A stretch of DNA of 64,000 bases from Flaccisagitta enflata (Eukaryota), in contig OZ231126.1 in the NCBI GenBank assembly GCA_965153355.1, positions 29,698,001-29,762,000 on the forward strand, in the 5' to 3' direction. Positions 1 to 12,400 of this stretch are shown here, in pieces. The position numbers were made by a program, and so were the translations under genes. Below the pieces are notes generated by a model. It worked only from the letters and a program-made list of their open reading frames with translations, was not told where the DNA came from and ran no database searches. Position 1 is the first letter of the stretch. Each line of letters opens with the position of its first letter.

Positions 1-593
1 CCAATTCTACATTTGTGGATCGAGGTTAGTGGATGCGTTTTTCTTTTTATAACGCTAATGCGTCGGATAGTTATGCAAATCGTCCATTTCAAGTGGAAAT
101 GCGAGTTTTATCCCCTTTTCGATTGTTTACCGATTGCGTTTTCATCTGATTCCTTGTGACCTTGTCTCTCCCATTTTTTTTCATTTTTTGTCTGTGGCAT
201 TCTGTGCAAACCCCCCCTATCATTTCTCTCATTCTTTACTCTGTTCATAAGTTTAATAACTCTCATATACCAGAACCACCAATTGCAGTGGTTCGCAGTG
301 TTGCCCTTTTATTCTCATCTTTCATGGCTGATTACCATGAAATTTTTTGTCAAATCGTCCTACCTTCTCTTATTTTCTTCGCGGTGCTATCTTAAAAGGA
401 ACAAAAAAAGAAATAGCCAAATGTCTCTTTTTATTATCGGTCGTATTAAATATTATATCTGTAGTTTTAGATTATGGACCGACTCGTCAGAATTATTCGT
501 TCATTCCAAACATCGGGGGCGGTCATTCCATTGTATTTCTTAACGCCGACTAGCGATGAAGAAATGGAAATCTTTAAAAAGAAAGAGCAGTGA
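1..593 (+). CDS. Probable last three exons of an upstream gene (<1-24, 274-383, 471-593); hydrophobic C-terminal region, product unknown
   Basis: GT-AG junctions join in phase to ...NSTFVDREPPIAVVRSVALLFSSFMADYHEIFCQIVLPSLIFFAIMDRLVRIIRSFQTSGAVIPLYFLTPTSDEEMEIFKKKEQ*. No homology recognised. Confidence 0.45.
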
Positions 594-600
594 TTGCGTA

Positions 601-1218
601 CAGTACTTTCCGAGCAAACCCGACAAAAACTGGAGGATTAATTTTTGTTACTTTAATTTCATTTCCCAAACTTCATTTTTTGTATCTAACTTAATTAAAA
701 GATACCTAATTCCTTGAACATATTTTGCTGTCAAAAAAAATAACTCGTGAAATCAAAGTGCATGAAGTCATCAACTTGGAGTGTTCTAACCCAGACCATT
801 GGATTCGGCAGAAAATTTTACCTATCCTAGACAACAAGAACAGCTCAACCAGATAACTATTTTAGATTCTACAGCCATTTTCAGTTTTTAAGGACAATTG
901 TCTTAAAATAATTTAGGACAATTGTCCTTAAAAACTTTAAATAGCCATAAAAGCTAAAATATTTGACTGATTGAGCTGTTCTTGTTGTCTAGGATAGGTA
1001 AAATTTTCTGCCAAATCCAATGGTCTGGGTTAGAACACTTCAAATTGATGTCTTCATGCACTTTGATTTCACGAGTTATTTTTTTTAACAGCAAAATATG
1101 TTCAAGGAATTAAGCATCTTTTGATTAAGTTAGATACCAAAAATGAAGTTTGGGAAATGAAATTAAAGTAACAAAAATTAATCCTCCAGTTTTTGCCGGG
1201 TTTGCTCGGAAGGTACTG
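601..1218. mobile_element. Palindromic MITE, Tc1/mariner-like (TA target)
   Basis: TA|CAGTACTTTCCGAGCAAACCCG...CCGGGTTTGCTCGGAAGGTACTG|TA. The whole element is a near-perfect inverted repeat centred near 910. Confidence 0.9.
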
Positions 1219-1876
1219 TACCTACATATCGATTCATCGTTTGTATACCGTGTTAATTCTTGTATCTCAGCCCGCGTAAGACGACGGCCTTTCTTTCTTT
1301 TTTTACTTTTGGCTAGGATTTACAAGAAATTTTAGGAAATAAACAACTGAGGTCGATCTGAAGTTATCTTAAATTTAATAACGAGAACAAGACAAAGTGG
1401 AGTTATGAACGTGAATTGAAGATCAGATTGCGCATCGTCTTTCGTCAGTTTGCCAGTTATTCAGGCTAGATTCACGGCAGAATCTTTTGGACTACTTGCA
1501 GTCGGGTTGATCGTTAGCCTTTGGCGGTTCTGGCTCCCTTAGCCGATCATTGCCAAGGCTAGGGTGGGAAAACTGTGAATTGGACTAGTTTTGATTCTCG
1601 GGGGTTTGCCAATCCGTATTCAGTACTAGTTCTGGATAAAGTGAAATGACTAGCACCTTTCATAGCTTTCTTTCCCTCCACACTTATCGCTATCTTCATC
1701 TTAAAAGCGACCCTATACATTGTAGTCAAAGTGCAGAATGCAAAAGAGTGCCTAAAAAAGCCAAGATTGGACTTCCCCTAGCAAAAATGTTTTTTTTCTC
1801 GCAAAAATGCTTTCAAACGAGCCATTGCGTGACTTCCAAATCAGTCGGGAACCACCGTTAGAAGTTTCCATAGATA

Positions 1877-4349
1877 CTGTAGATCTCGTCTTGACTTGAG
1901 ATAACGGGGACAACCATTATGAAAGACATATGAAGTTACAGAGTGATATTTGGATTATAGACTAATAAAATGATGCTTCGTTACCTATAATATCTAGTTG
2001 CCATAGAAACACATTTTCATGTTATCTCGTTAAAATATCAATTTTTTGAGAGATTTTTTGACGGAACATTACTCCAAATCTAATTTTCTACAACTTTCAT
2101 ATAATATACGCTGTAAAAATGTAGCTAGTTTAGCGGTTGCTAGGGAGCATCACAGGGTTGTCACACATAGATACGCTCCATTGCAACGGCCAAACAAGTG
2201 ATATTTTCACGGATATATTAAAGGAAAGTTGTAGTGAATTTGATTTTAAGCAATGTTCTCTCAAAAAATTTCGCAATATGACGCACTGAAAATTAAACCG
2301 GAAGAACTTACCCAGAGGACATAGTTACCATTTCCATCACTGATTTTGCCTCAGTCAATATATCTATCTTTTTTTTCAAACCTTGAAATGTTAAATCCAG
2401 GGGTGTATATAATTCCATAACCTTTGATTATTTTCCCCCCCCTGCCTTTGATTTTCTTCCCCGCAACGCATCGCGTCGCATTACCAAATCAATGTTTTTC
2501 TTCCCTATATACCACTAAAACTGGGTATTTAAGGTTTAAATAGTGTTAAATTGTGTTTAACATATCATGCTTTATGATTTTTTACTGCCAAAAGTTATAT
2601 TTTCCCCAAGTTTCCTTTTTTTTCTCTTTTTTCCTCCCTCCTTTTCATGAGAGAATTGTGGTTACGTTTCTAAGGGCGGCCTTCTGGTTGTTAGGTAAAT
2701 GAAACAAAAATTATTACCCTGACTTCCCCGCTTAGGGATCTCCGTTGCAACCGATACAAACTTACAACATATCTAATTCAAACCTTCGCTTGTCTTCGCC
2801 TGTCTAGAGGGATTTACCGATTCAACTTTTAAGGTGGCTGGTCTGAAGGGAGTGACCATGTTGCTATATTTTTAAAAATATTACTATCAAATTTTACATC
2901 ATTAGAAAGCCTAGCGTTTAAGCTTTCCTCGGTTGTTCTTACTTTTCCAATGCTCCTAATATTTCAGGTGTAGTGATCAAAAGAAGAAACATAGTTCATG
3001 ATTTTATGAGCGCTCAAGTGTGAAATACGCTAAGTCTGAGAACATAGCGTGTTCAAAGTGGCGGAAATCGTCGTGACTTTTTTTACCCAAACTTTGAAAG
3101 CTCATATCTCTTGAACGGATTGACGGATTGACTTGATTTTTTGTATGGTAGCATTATTTGACCTTGTTCGCTAATGTGTGAAGATTCAAGAAATTTCAGA
3201 TATTGCAACCAGCCGAACCAGCCTACCTATCCAAAAATTTCAAATCAGCGTAGTCAAAAAAGTATTCCATGAAATTTTCTGAAATTTTGCATGAATAACC
3301 ATCCAACCCCTGGACAAATCCTGGGTGAGTTGTATGCCCATCACATGATTACTTTGGCCGTAATCACATGAAACATTTTTTTCATAAGAAATCTATTCAG
3401 TACTAGTCTACAGATTCCAAAGTAAAGCTCCTCACGTGGAATATTAATGACAAATCCATCCTTTGATGTCATCTTGTTAACAGCATCGCGTTTTTACTCC
3501 TTGGACTGAGCGTCTTTGTCTTTAAAAAAAAATAAATTAATTCTAACTTGACAAATTCCGTGCACTAGCGAAGCTTTCAGGCGACGGAACATAGTAGAGT
3601 GTGTTTTAAGGATCTTTTTCGAGCGGTAGTTCTTTTCATGAATGTCTCCCCTTTCTCCAAACCCTTTGATTATTTTCCCCCCCCGGAACAATATACAGGC
3701 CTGGTTAAATCATAAAGGATTTCCATTCTGTAATCGCCAAATGAGATAAATACAAAATGATTGAGAGAAATTTGATGATAAAGTGCCAAAAAAGTAAAAC
3801 AAATCTTTACAATCACTTCATTTATGATTAGACAGAATTACAAATTTGCATAGAAAATAAAAAAATCAACAAAATAAGAACATAGCGCGCTCAGTACATG
3901 CTTTAGGAATCGCGCTATGTTCTTATTTTGTTGATATTTTGATTTTTTATGCAAATTTGTAATTCTGTGTAGGTCATGGTAGAAAAACAAATTGAATTTT
4001 TCTATGGTTTTCGCCTATTTTTCAACCATAAGATGAAAAGTTTGAGGTCAAAACTGGCTTGTGAAAGTTTATCCATGCAAAATATATCGATTTATAACCT
4101 TAACTAAGACACCCAAGAAAAAAATTTCAGCAAATTTTGTTTTATAAAAATCATGATTCATTGGACATGGGTAGCAAATTCTATGCTAATTTTCAGTGTG
4201 ATATATATTGATATTTTCGCGACAATACATGAAAATATTTTTAAAGCAACCAATTACCATGAGCAATAAATCATTCTTTAAATGATTTTTATTCTCAATA
4301 TCAGTTCTCTAATTTTTTTTTCTTTCTATTATACTAAACAAGTCTACTG
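1877..4349. mobile_element. Interrupted, degenerate copy of the MITE family seen intact at 19320-19882
   Basis: Left end ctgtagatctcgtcttgacttgagataacgggg matches 19320. The right arm resumes near 4200 and ends aagtctactg|ta. Confidence 0.7.
2398..3703. mobile_element. Non-autonomous hAT-like element with 8-bp TSD
   Basis: TSD GTTAAATC at 2390-2397 and 3704-3711. TIRs CAGGGGTGTATAT / ATATACAGGCCTG. A shorter reverse copy lies at ~45525-45840. Confidence 0.85.
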
Positions 4350-5039
4350 TAGGTAATGCTATACTGTGTGAAAGAAAATTTGCATGTTAAAATTATTGAT
4401 TGCGATGGAAATTCAATGCAAATTTTGACCTCACCCCAACGATGGTTCCTAGTCGTATTGAGAGATCTGCAATAGCTCGTTTGAAAGAATTTTTGCATAA
4501 AAAACATTTTTGCCAAGGGGTCCAATTTTGGCTTTTCTAGGCACTTACGAGCGTCGTGCGGGTGGGCAGGGCTGTGGTTTAGCATTAGCAGCTAAGTTAG
4601 TCATGGGGCAGTGATGCAAGGAAAAAGCTTTCAAAAGACTGCCAAACTCAGGAAAGTGTTGTTACTGTGTTAGCGATGGTCAGACGCACCGACCGATTGA
4701 CCGGTAGACACAGGAGCGAGATTAAAAAAAGGCGGTTGCTCGTCTATCTGGCGCTTTATAACCTGGACGTCATAGTGGTGAAAATTTCTTTCTGTCCAAA
4801 TTTTAGGCTAAAACCAAAGATCGCTGGCTCCTTGGGGCTATCGTTATGAATTTTACACAAGTAGTAAGGTAATGCGTGCACTGATAGCCAATCTATGTAT
4901 ATAGTTATTGCAGATAGCTGAGTAGTTTCGTGGTCGTCATGGTTACGGTTGCCGCAAGTGGTAGTTGCGATCGATTGCACGAGATCCCTCCAAATCGCAG
5001 AATCGCTTCCCGAGCATGGGCGAAAGTCGAGGCTCTTGA

Positions 5040-5182
5040 GTATAACAATTTCAACATCTCAATTTCCTCTTGCTTTCGTTACCGTCGTCGTCGACGACGC
5101 CGAAATTTTCGTCTTCACATTCATCAACGACCCCGTTATCTACGACCCGCTTGCACCATGATCTCGCGTCGTGGAGCGTAGA
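5040..5182 (+). other. Putative non-coding first exon of the orphan gene, with a short uORF (5158-5181)
   Basis: CpG-rich stretch ending in a GA|GTAAGT donor at 5183. The next clear acceptor is aaacag| at 9350, upstream of ATG 9469. The 5' boundary is a guess. Confidence 0.45.
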
Positions 5183-5770
5183 GTAAGTGGTCGACTAAAG
5201 ATGATTTCATGCGATAGCTTGTTTGATTTGTTCTCTTGCTTAATCCGTCGACTTGTTGCGATTGTTACTCCATAAATATGTTTTACATACTAATAATTCA
5301 AATGTTATATGTTCATCTACTGGACTAGGACGGAGAGTTGGATGTAATAACTTTTTACAGAGATTTTGATTTCTTGGTTTTTCGATTATTTTCAAATTGA
5401 AATTCGATCTTCGTTTTCGTTGCGATTTTATTCTCGTTCATGATGTATACTGCCATGATCGAGGATGATTTCTCTTTCAATTTCTTTCTTTCTTTCTTTC
5501 TCTTTTTAGTCGCGTGCTAAGTAACTACACTCCGGTTTGTCGGTCCGTCGGTCGGTCGGTAAGTCCCCTTTTTGCTTTTTCGGTTAACAGCTCCCTTCCA
5601 AATGCAATTATAAGTCATTCAAAGTCATATTAAGTCACTTAAGTTATTTAAGTCAATGAGGTCAATTTAGTCATTAAAGTCATTTAAAGTCAATTTAAGT
5701 CATCGGACTCATCGTTAAGTTATTTATGTCTCGCACGCGACCTATAGGTGTTGGCCTTGTTTTCTTTCTT

Positions 5771-5827
<57 letters not shown>

Positions 5828-6083
5828 CTCTCGCTCTCTCTCGATCCATATTTCGTTTGTTTTTTTTACAGCAAGCTAGTCAGCACTTCAGCATTGATTG
5901 TTTTCCCATGCCCAAAACAACGAATTGTTCAACCTTGATCTGTTCTACATCTGTTTTTATGAAAAGGTTTGGATTTAAACCAAATGAAGTTTGCGGTTAA
6001 GATGTGGAATCAGCTTATTTAATCAATCTTTGACCACACCGCTACCTCGCGTTCTTTTTAGCTGCCGCATGGTCTGTTAGCTA

Positions 6084-8104
6084 TAGGTCATTTCCACAAT
6101 AAACCAGCCTAGCTGAAAATCATGATGTAACAGGTAGAAATATTGTTTTTATCATGCTAATCTTTTTTTTTCACAATAAAAGCTGTTGTAACACATTATT
6201 TGGGATTCAGTGCTTAGCTGATATCTTTCATACTTAAAATTTTGATAGGCTATCTAGCAAAAAAGAGGCCAAAATCACCCCCTTTTTTATGTCACATTGA
6301 TGTCACACTCAAAACCACAGTTAAAAAGATATCAAAAAATCATTAAGCCTACCCAACTATGGGTCATTTTTGTTCAATTGCAACCCCTAAAGAAGATTGA
6401 AAGCTTTTATGGTCACCAATTGCCATTTACTATATAAAAATTTCACTTTTGATTGATTTGTCTAAAATGATGATTTATTTGATTTTGACACATAGTAGTA
6501 TACTATGCTTTAAATGGCAATATCTTAGGTATTATGGAAAATTTCTTTTTTCCCTCTTTAATAAAGACATAACCCAGGTTTCATGCAAAATTTCAGACCT
6601 TAATGCAGGGGTTGGAAAGCTAAAAAGTTTTTAACTCGTTTTAACTCGTTTTAACTCATTATAACTTTTAATGTTGAGTTAAAAAGAATTAAAAAGAGTT
6701 AAAAAGGGTTAAAAACCCCCGTTAAAAAAAGTTAAAAACTGAAGTTGAAGTACTTTTTCTAAAAAGAGTTAAAAAGAGTTAAAAAGAGTTAATGTACAAG
6801 TTCAACAAAAATCAGTTAAAAAGTATAGGTTAAAAACTGAGGCTAAAAAGAGTTAAAAAGAGTTAAAAAGAGTTAAAAAGAGTTAAAAAGAATAAAAAAG
6901 AATTAAAAAGAGTTAAAAAGAAGGGTTAAAAAAAATTGAAAAAAATTAAAAAGAGTTAAAAACAAAAGTTAAAAAAAGTTAAAAAGAGTTAAAAACAAAA
7001 GTTAAAAAGAGTTAAAAAAGTTAAAAAGAGTTAAAAAAAGTTAAAAAGAGTTAAAAGAGTAAAAAACTTAAGTTGAAAGGATGTGTAAGAGTTCAAAAGT
7101 TCAAAGCGTTTCTCATTTCCTCAGCCAAAAAGTTGTTGAATGTCTCTTAAGGTACGATAGACAATTGTCATTAACTGAAAGTTTGCTCTTGAGTATTGGA
7201 TGTTTCCAATTGTATCTCGATGCAGTAAGCTAGATTTGGCTGATTGAATTCTCTGTTGAAGTTCATCTAGATAAAGATCCATTTAAATGATTTTGTAGTC
7301 AGATATGGATGTTAGATGGAGTTTCCGCTTTAAAACTTAAAGGTAGATTTTTCAACTGATTTTAACTCATATAAGTCAATTTTTTAACTGTTTATAACTC
7401 TTTTTTAGCAAATGTTTTTAACGGTTTTTAACACTTTTTAGTCCATCTTTTTAACTGTTATTAACTCTTTTTAGACTATGTTTTTAACACTTTTTAGACT
7501 ATCTTTTTAACATTTTTTTCATTCTTTTTAGACTATCTGTTTAACACTTTTTAATACTTTTTAACACTTTTTAGTCCATCTTTTTAACTGTTTTTAACTG
7601 TTTTTAAGTCTTTTTAGACTTTTTCAGATGATACATTTTGAATCAAGTTTTTAACCCTTTTTTAACTCTTTTTAACTTTTTTTAACTCTTTTTAAGTTTT
7701 TTTATTCTTTTTAACTTTTTTTAACTCTTTTTAACTCTTTATAACTTTTAATATTTAAAAAAGAGTTAAAAAGAGTTAAAACGAGTTAAAAACTTTTTAG
7801 CTTTCCAACCCCTGTTAATGTCAATTCTAGCTGGAGATATTGATTTTTGAAAAGAGTGACCTAACATGTTAACACCCTGTTACTCTTATGTTATTTTGAT
7901 TATGATAAAAATTAACATAGTTGAACACATTTCAAGTATTAGATTTTTTTTTTCATGTGATCTAAAAGAGTATCAAATTCTGAGTATAGGGCTCAAATTT
8001 CAAGCCATTAGGTGCGACCATTATGAAATTATAACATTTTTATTGATGTTAACGAATTCAGTCGCCTGATTTCCGCCAGTCTAGTTTATTGTGGAAACTG
8101 CCTA
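6084..8104. mobile_element. TA-flanked TIR element containing a nested foldback element
   Basis: TA|TAGGTCATTTCCACAATAAAC...GTTTATTGTGGAAACTGCCTA|TA. Confidence 0.7.
6606..7814. mobile_element. Foldback-like element with arms built from ~10-bp AAAAAGAGTT repeats; 6-bp TSD
   Basis: Perfect TIR CAGGGGTTGGAAAGCTAAAAAGTTTTTAACTCGTTTTAACTC. TTAATG flanks both ends (6600-6605, 7815-7820). Confidence 0.85.
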
Positions 8105-8731
8105 TAACGTGATCAAAAAGATAAATAAATGAATAAACAGATAAAGCGCGTGCTTGCACATTGGTGTCTCCGTTGGTTGGTTGGTCCGTCATACAAACCG
8201 TTGATGATCAAACCAGCTTCTACCTTCGTACTTTGCTCTGATGTTGTCTTTTGGTTTTTTTTTAGTTGCGGACACACAACATAAGAGGCTTTCTTCGTCC
8301 GTTGGTCCGTCCGTCTGTCACACTAGAGTTATTACGCTAGAGTTGAAAACACAAACTCTTACTTATGATGCTGCAGGATGCTGCAGTTGGTATTGTTTGT
8401 GTGTGTGTATTGGAGGGGGTTAGGGTGAGGCTGGAGGTTGGATGCCCCTCCCCACCCGTCCGCAACGATATTAAGACCCCGCGTCACTTGTTAATCTTTG
8501 GCGGTATTCCATCCTTGCTACATTTTATCTTGATTTATGTCGTCGTATCATCCTTCGATTCTTATTTGTTTCTTGCAAATTTTATCTGTTTTATCCTTGC
8601 TTACATCCCTGCACGGTTTCAGCGATCATCGCAGCTTTGTTTCATATCTGCTCTCTCATGCCTTATCTGCCTCACGCCTACTCCCTTCCACCCTTGCTCT
8701 GCTCCTTGAGTTGGAAGAAACACATCTCTTA

Positions 8732-9322
8732 ACAATGGCAAAAATAAAAACCGGACGCTTAGTTTTTATGATTGACCAAAAACTGTACATACTTTTAACT
8801 TAAAATCCATGAGCATTTTGAAGAGCTTCAAAAACCCTACAAATCTAGACTAAGCAGAAATTTCTAGCTTAAGTTGTTTTGAAATGACACAAGATTGAAA
8901 TTCAACACCTATATTTTTGAAAGCAAATTATTGTGTCTGGCAATAAGACACTTTTTGTTTCACATATTCTATAAAATGAAGCAATCAAATAATTAGAATG
9001 AAATTCAAGGTAAAAATGAAATATTTTGAATTCTCTACAAGATGGAACCAAGCAGAAATCATGATTCTTATTCGTTAACAAGCTATATCAATTCAAAGTT
9101 TGTTACTCTAAAAAAATTGAACCCAGATTTGAGATTTCTGAGTGGTTATCTTTAAAGCATCATAACTTCTACAGTTTTGAAGCTACAATGTTCTGTAAGA
9201 GCTCAAATGAAAGATATTTTGAAGCTCTTTAAAATCATCATGGATTTTAAGGGTTCATCGTTTTAAGTTACTGAGCAATCCTTGATCAAATAATAGCGTC
9301 CGGTTTTTTATTTTGCCACTGT
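8732..9322. mobile_element. TA-flanked MITE
   Basis: TA|ACAATGGCAAAAATAAAAACCGGACGCT...AGCGTCCGGTTTTTTATTTTGCCACTGT|TA. Confidence 0.8.
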
Positions 9323-9468
9323 TATAATCCTCTTTGCTCCAATGAAACAGGCGCGTGGGTGTGACGTGGGGAGAAGTCTTGTGAGGGAAGTCAGCCCCGT
9401 CTTCGTCGCGCTCGTCTTTGGTTTATTGTGCGCCGGCGTTTTTGCGCCGCTTTCATCGCGCAGTCATC

Positions 9469-12400
9469 ATGACGGCGCCCGTCTTTAAGAATGGGGAGTG
9501 GCTTCTGCCTGAGGACCACGATCAACAGGAGCGGGAGAGACAGCGCTCTGGGCTTGGCGGTAGCAACTTCGCCGGCAACAAAGCAAAGTTTGAACGTAAG
9601 TCAACCGTTCCAGTCGGGAGCTAGACACCACTGTATCGAACTGGCCGTGTGTGATACACGAACAATCGGCAGCACTTGGCGGGCGGCAGGGCAGAATTTT
9701 CACACTAAATGAATCGTTACGGACGAATCAAGGGGTAGACGGGAAGGACTACACGTGTAGAGATGGAGCTAAGTGAATCCAATAGAAAATATAGCATCTC
9801 CCCCCCCCCCCCATCCCATGTATGATGAGTATCTCTCAAGGCACATTATGTTAACATTGTGGTATGTTGATTCCGAAAAGCTATATGATTCTATTTATCT
9901 TCATTATAAACAAAAGAGCAGCTAAAAGTTTGCCGTCGGCAAACAAGATCCCTTCGATTCAGTTCGTTGCCCAAGAATTTACAGGATGAGCGAGTAGGGC
10001 AATGGTTGGGGTAATAAGGCTCAAAATGCCAGCTTGAGATCAAATTTTTACTTGCATGTTTGCCTTTTTGCGTCGCTTGCAGGCGCAGGTGGCATGCCGG
10101 TGGTTCCGCGCGGGATGGGCGGGGATTCAGTGGATCCTAGGCAGGTGCAAAATCGAAAGGCGATGTTGGGGGAGTTCATGAAGGCCGCCAACATCCCCAT
10201 CAACGACCCCGTCAACGAATCCGCAGACGGCATCAACGCACCCAAGTATGACATTAGTTGGGGGCCCAGCTCAGAACTAAGGAGTGCTCGATTTCGTCAT
10301 CGATTGATTTATGGAAAAATTGCTTCATAGATATATCGTGATTGATCTATTGATCTTGAGAAATTGGCTCATAGATAGGCTGAGTCAATATATGGAGATG
10401 GGAGATAGACACCGAAAATCAGATTGGTTGTTTGAGGAGAAATGGCGAATTTGGTCATTATTTGATAAACAGATGGAGAGATCACGTGGAGAAAACCCTT
10501 GATCTGGATGGATATTGTCGTAATAAATTAGTAATAGCAGTAATGATCTGGATGGAGAGTGGATGGATATTGTCGTAATAAATTAGTAATAGCAGAAATG
10601 ATTGATTTCTTTCTTCTCTAACGTAGAATCCCAGATAGCGGGGGACAGATCGGTGGTGGCGGTGGATTCGGTCCAGGCGGTGGTTATGGTGGTGGGTACG
10701 GTGGTGGCGGGGGATATGGTGACGCTTTCGATTCAAGCGACGGGCGCTTTTACGTGATCAATGGACGGCGTTACTTGAAACCGACGCCCAATCACACTAT
10801 CGAACAACTGCCAGATGACTTGCGCCAGTTGCTTCTTGATTGGGCCCACGAACAAGACAAATTCCGTAACGATGGTGAGTGGTGGAGATTTGAATAAAAA
10901 TAGCCTCATGCATGTTGTGTGCATTGAGCGTCGGTTTGAAACTTGTTATCGATGAGCGTGAAAAAACTGTTTCTTTGGCTTTGCTCGAATGTCTTTGGTG
11001 AAGCCTTTGCCTGCCAGCTTTGAATCATTGACCAATTTTGAACTTGATCCAGTTTCATTTTAGCGCATGGAATGCACGACCAGCCATTGGTATGTATAGT
11101 ACAGTTAAAGCCGTTTTATTTGTTTTCATCGCACGAAGGGGTATCCCACGGTACACCAATTCTGAATAGATTTACGCGGCGCTCTGAGTAATGTGTGCTG
11201 TAATTTCATTTAACATGTTCAAGGTACTATTGCTATACATTTCGGCCCGTATACAATTCAGTTTTGGTGCATCGATTGTCGCAACTTGATTGGTTTCTGT
11301 ATATTAGTCTTTTGCGCATGAGATTTTCTTAGTTTTGGCATTATTTGATTTCTACCGCACGGCGCATGCGTTGAATCCGATAATTAATCATTCCCGCATC
11401 TTTCAGGCAGAACTCGTAGTATGCACGTTGAGGAGGAACGTAAGTTTTGACCTTTCCTCGGATATCTCTGCTGTAAATGGCAGATACCTAGTCACCCATT
11501 TGAATTGAATTATCCCCATGTCTCATGCACGACCCTGTATTTTCGTACCTCCATCTGTCGTGTTTTGTTTTTACATGTGGACAAAACAAGGCCGTATACA
11601 CGGCTACCCCAGTTGCGTGCGGGTGGGCAGGGGTCGTATTTGAGGTCAGTGGAGTATTTGGGCAGGAGCAGTAAGGCCAAAATCCCCGTTAACCCTGAAA
11701 AAGTAGTGTGACAGACGGACCGACAGATAGTCGGACGGACAAACCGACAAAGCGGGGAGGAGTCGCGTAGCACGCGACTAAAAAGTTGGAATTTCGTTTC
11801 TGTGGAGGTAGTGACTAAAAGCGATGTAGTGGGAGCCAGGAAGAGGGGGTGATCTATTTTCAGTTTTACACGCGGAGATTGTGGTCCAAAAAATAGACAA
11901 AAACCTACGAAAAAACTGACTTAGTTTTATAACAAGGTCAACAAACCTTAGTCGCGTGGTAATAAAGGTAATTAAGGTAATAAAGGTAATAAGGGTAAAG
12001 AAGGGTAGTTTAATAAAGGTAAAGGTAACAAAGGTAGTAAATTAAGATAAAGGACTTTAAGTACCCTTGAGTACCCTGAAGTACCCTAATGTACCCTAAA
12101 GTACCCTAATGTACCTTAAAGTGCCTAAAATACCCTTAAGTACCCTAGAGTAACCCTAAGGTACCTAAAAGTACCTAAAGTACCCTATATTACCCTTAAA
12201 ACCTAAAGTACTCTATAGTACCCTTAAGTACCCTTAAGTACCCTCTATACGAGTACCCTTAAGTACCCTAAAGTACCCTCAAGTACCTAATATACCTTGA
12301 ATTACCCTAAAGTACCCTTAGGTACCCTTAAGTACCCTAAAGTACCTTTAAAATGAAGATTAGAGCCATATTTCAAAAAAGTTACGTGACCGACCGACAG

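Larger units (their letters stand above)
1747..4545. mobile_element. Outer inverted-repeat element hosting a nest of insertions
   Basis: 1747-1860 (agtgcctaaaaaagccaagattggac...) is the diverged reverse complement of ~4436-4545 (...gtccaattttggcttttctaggcact). Confidence 0.7.
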
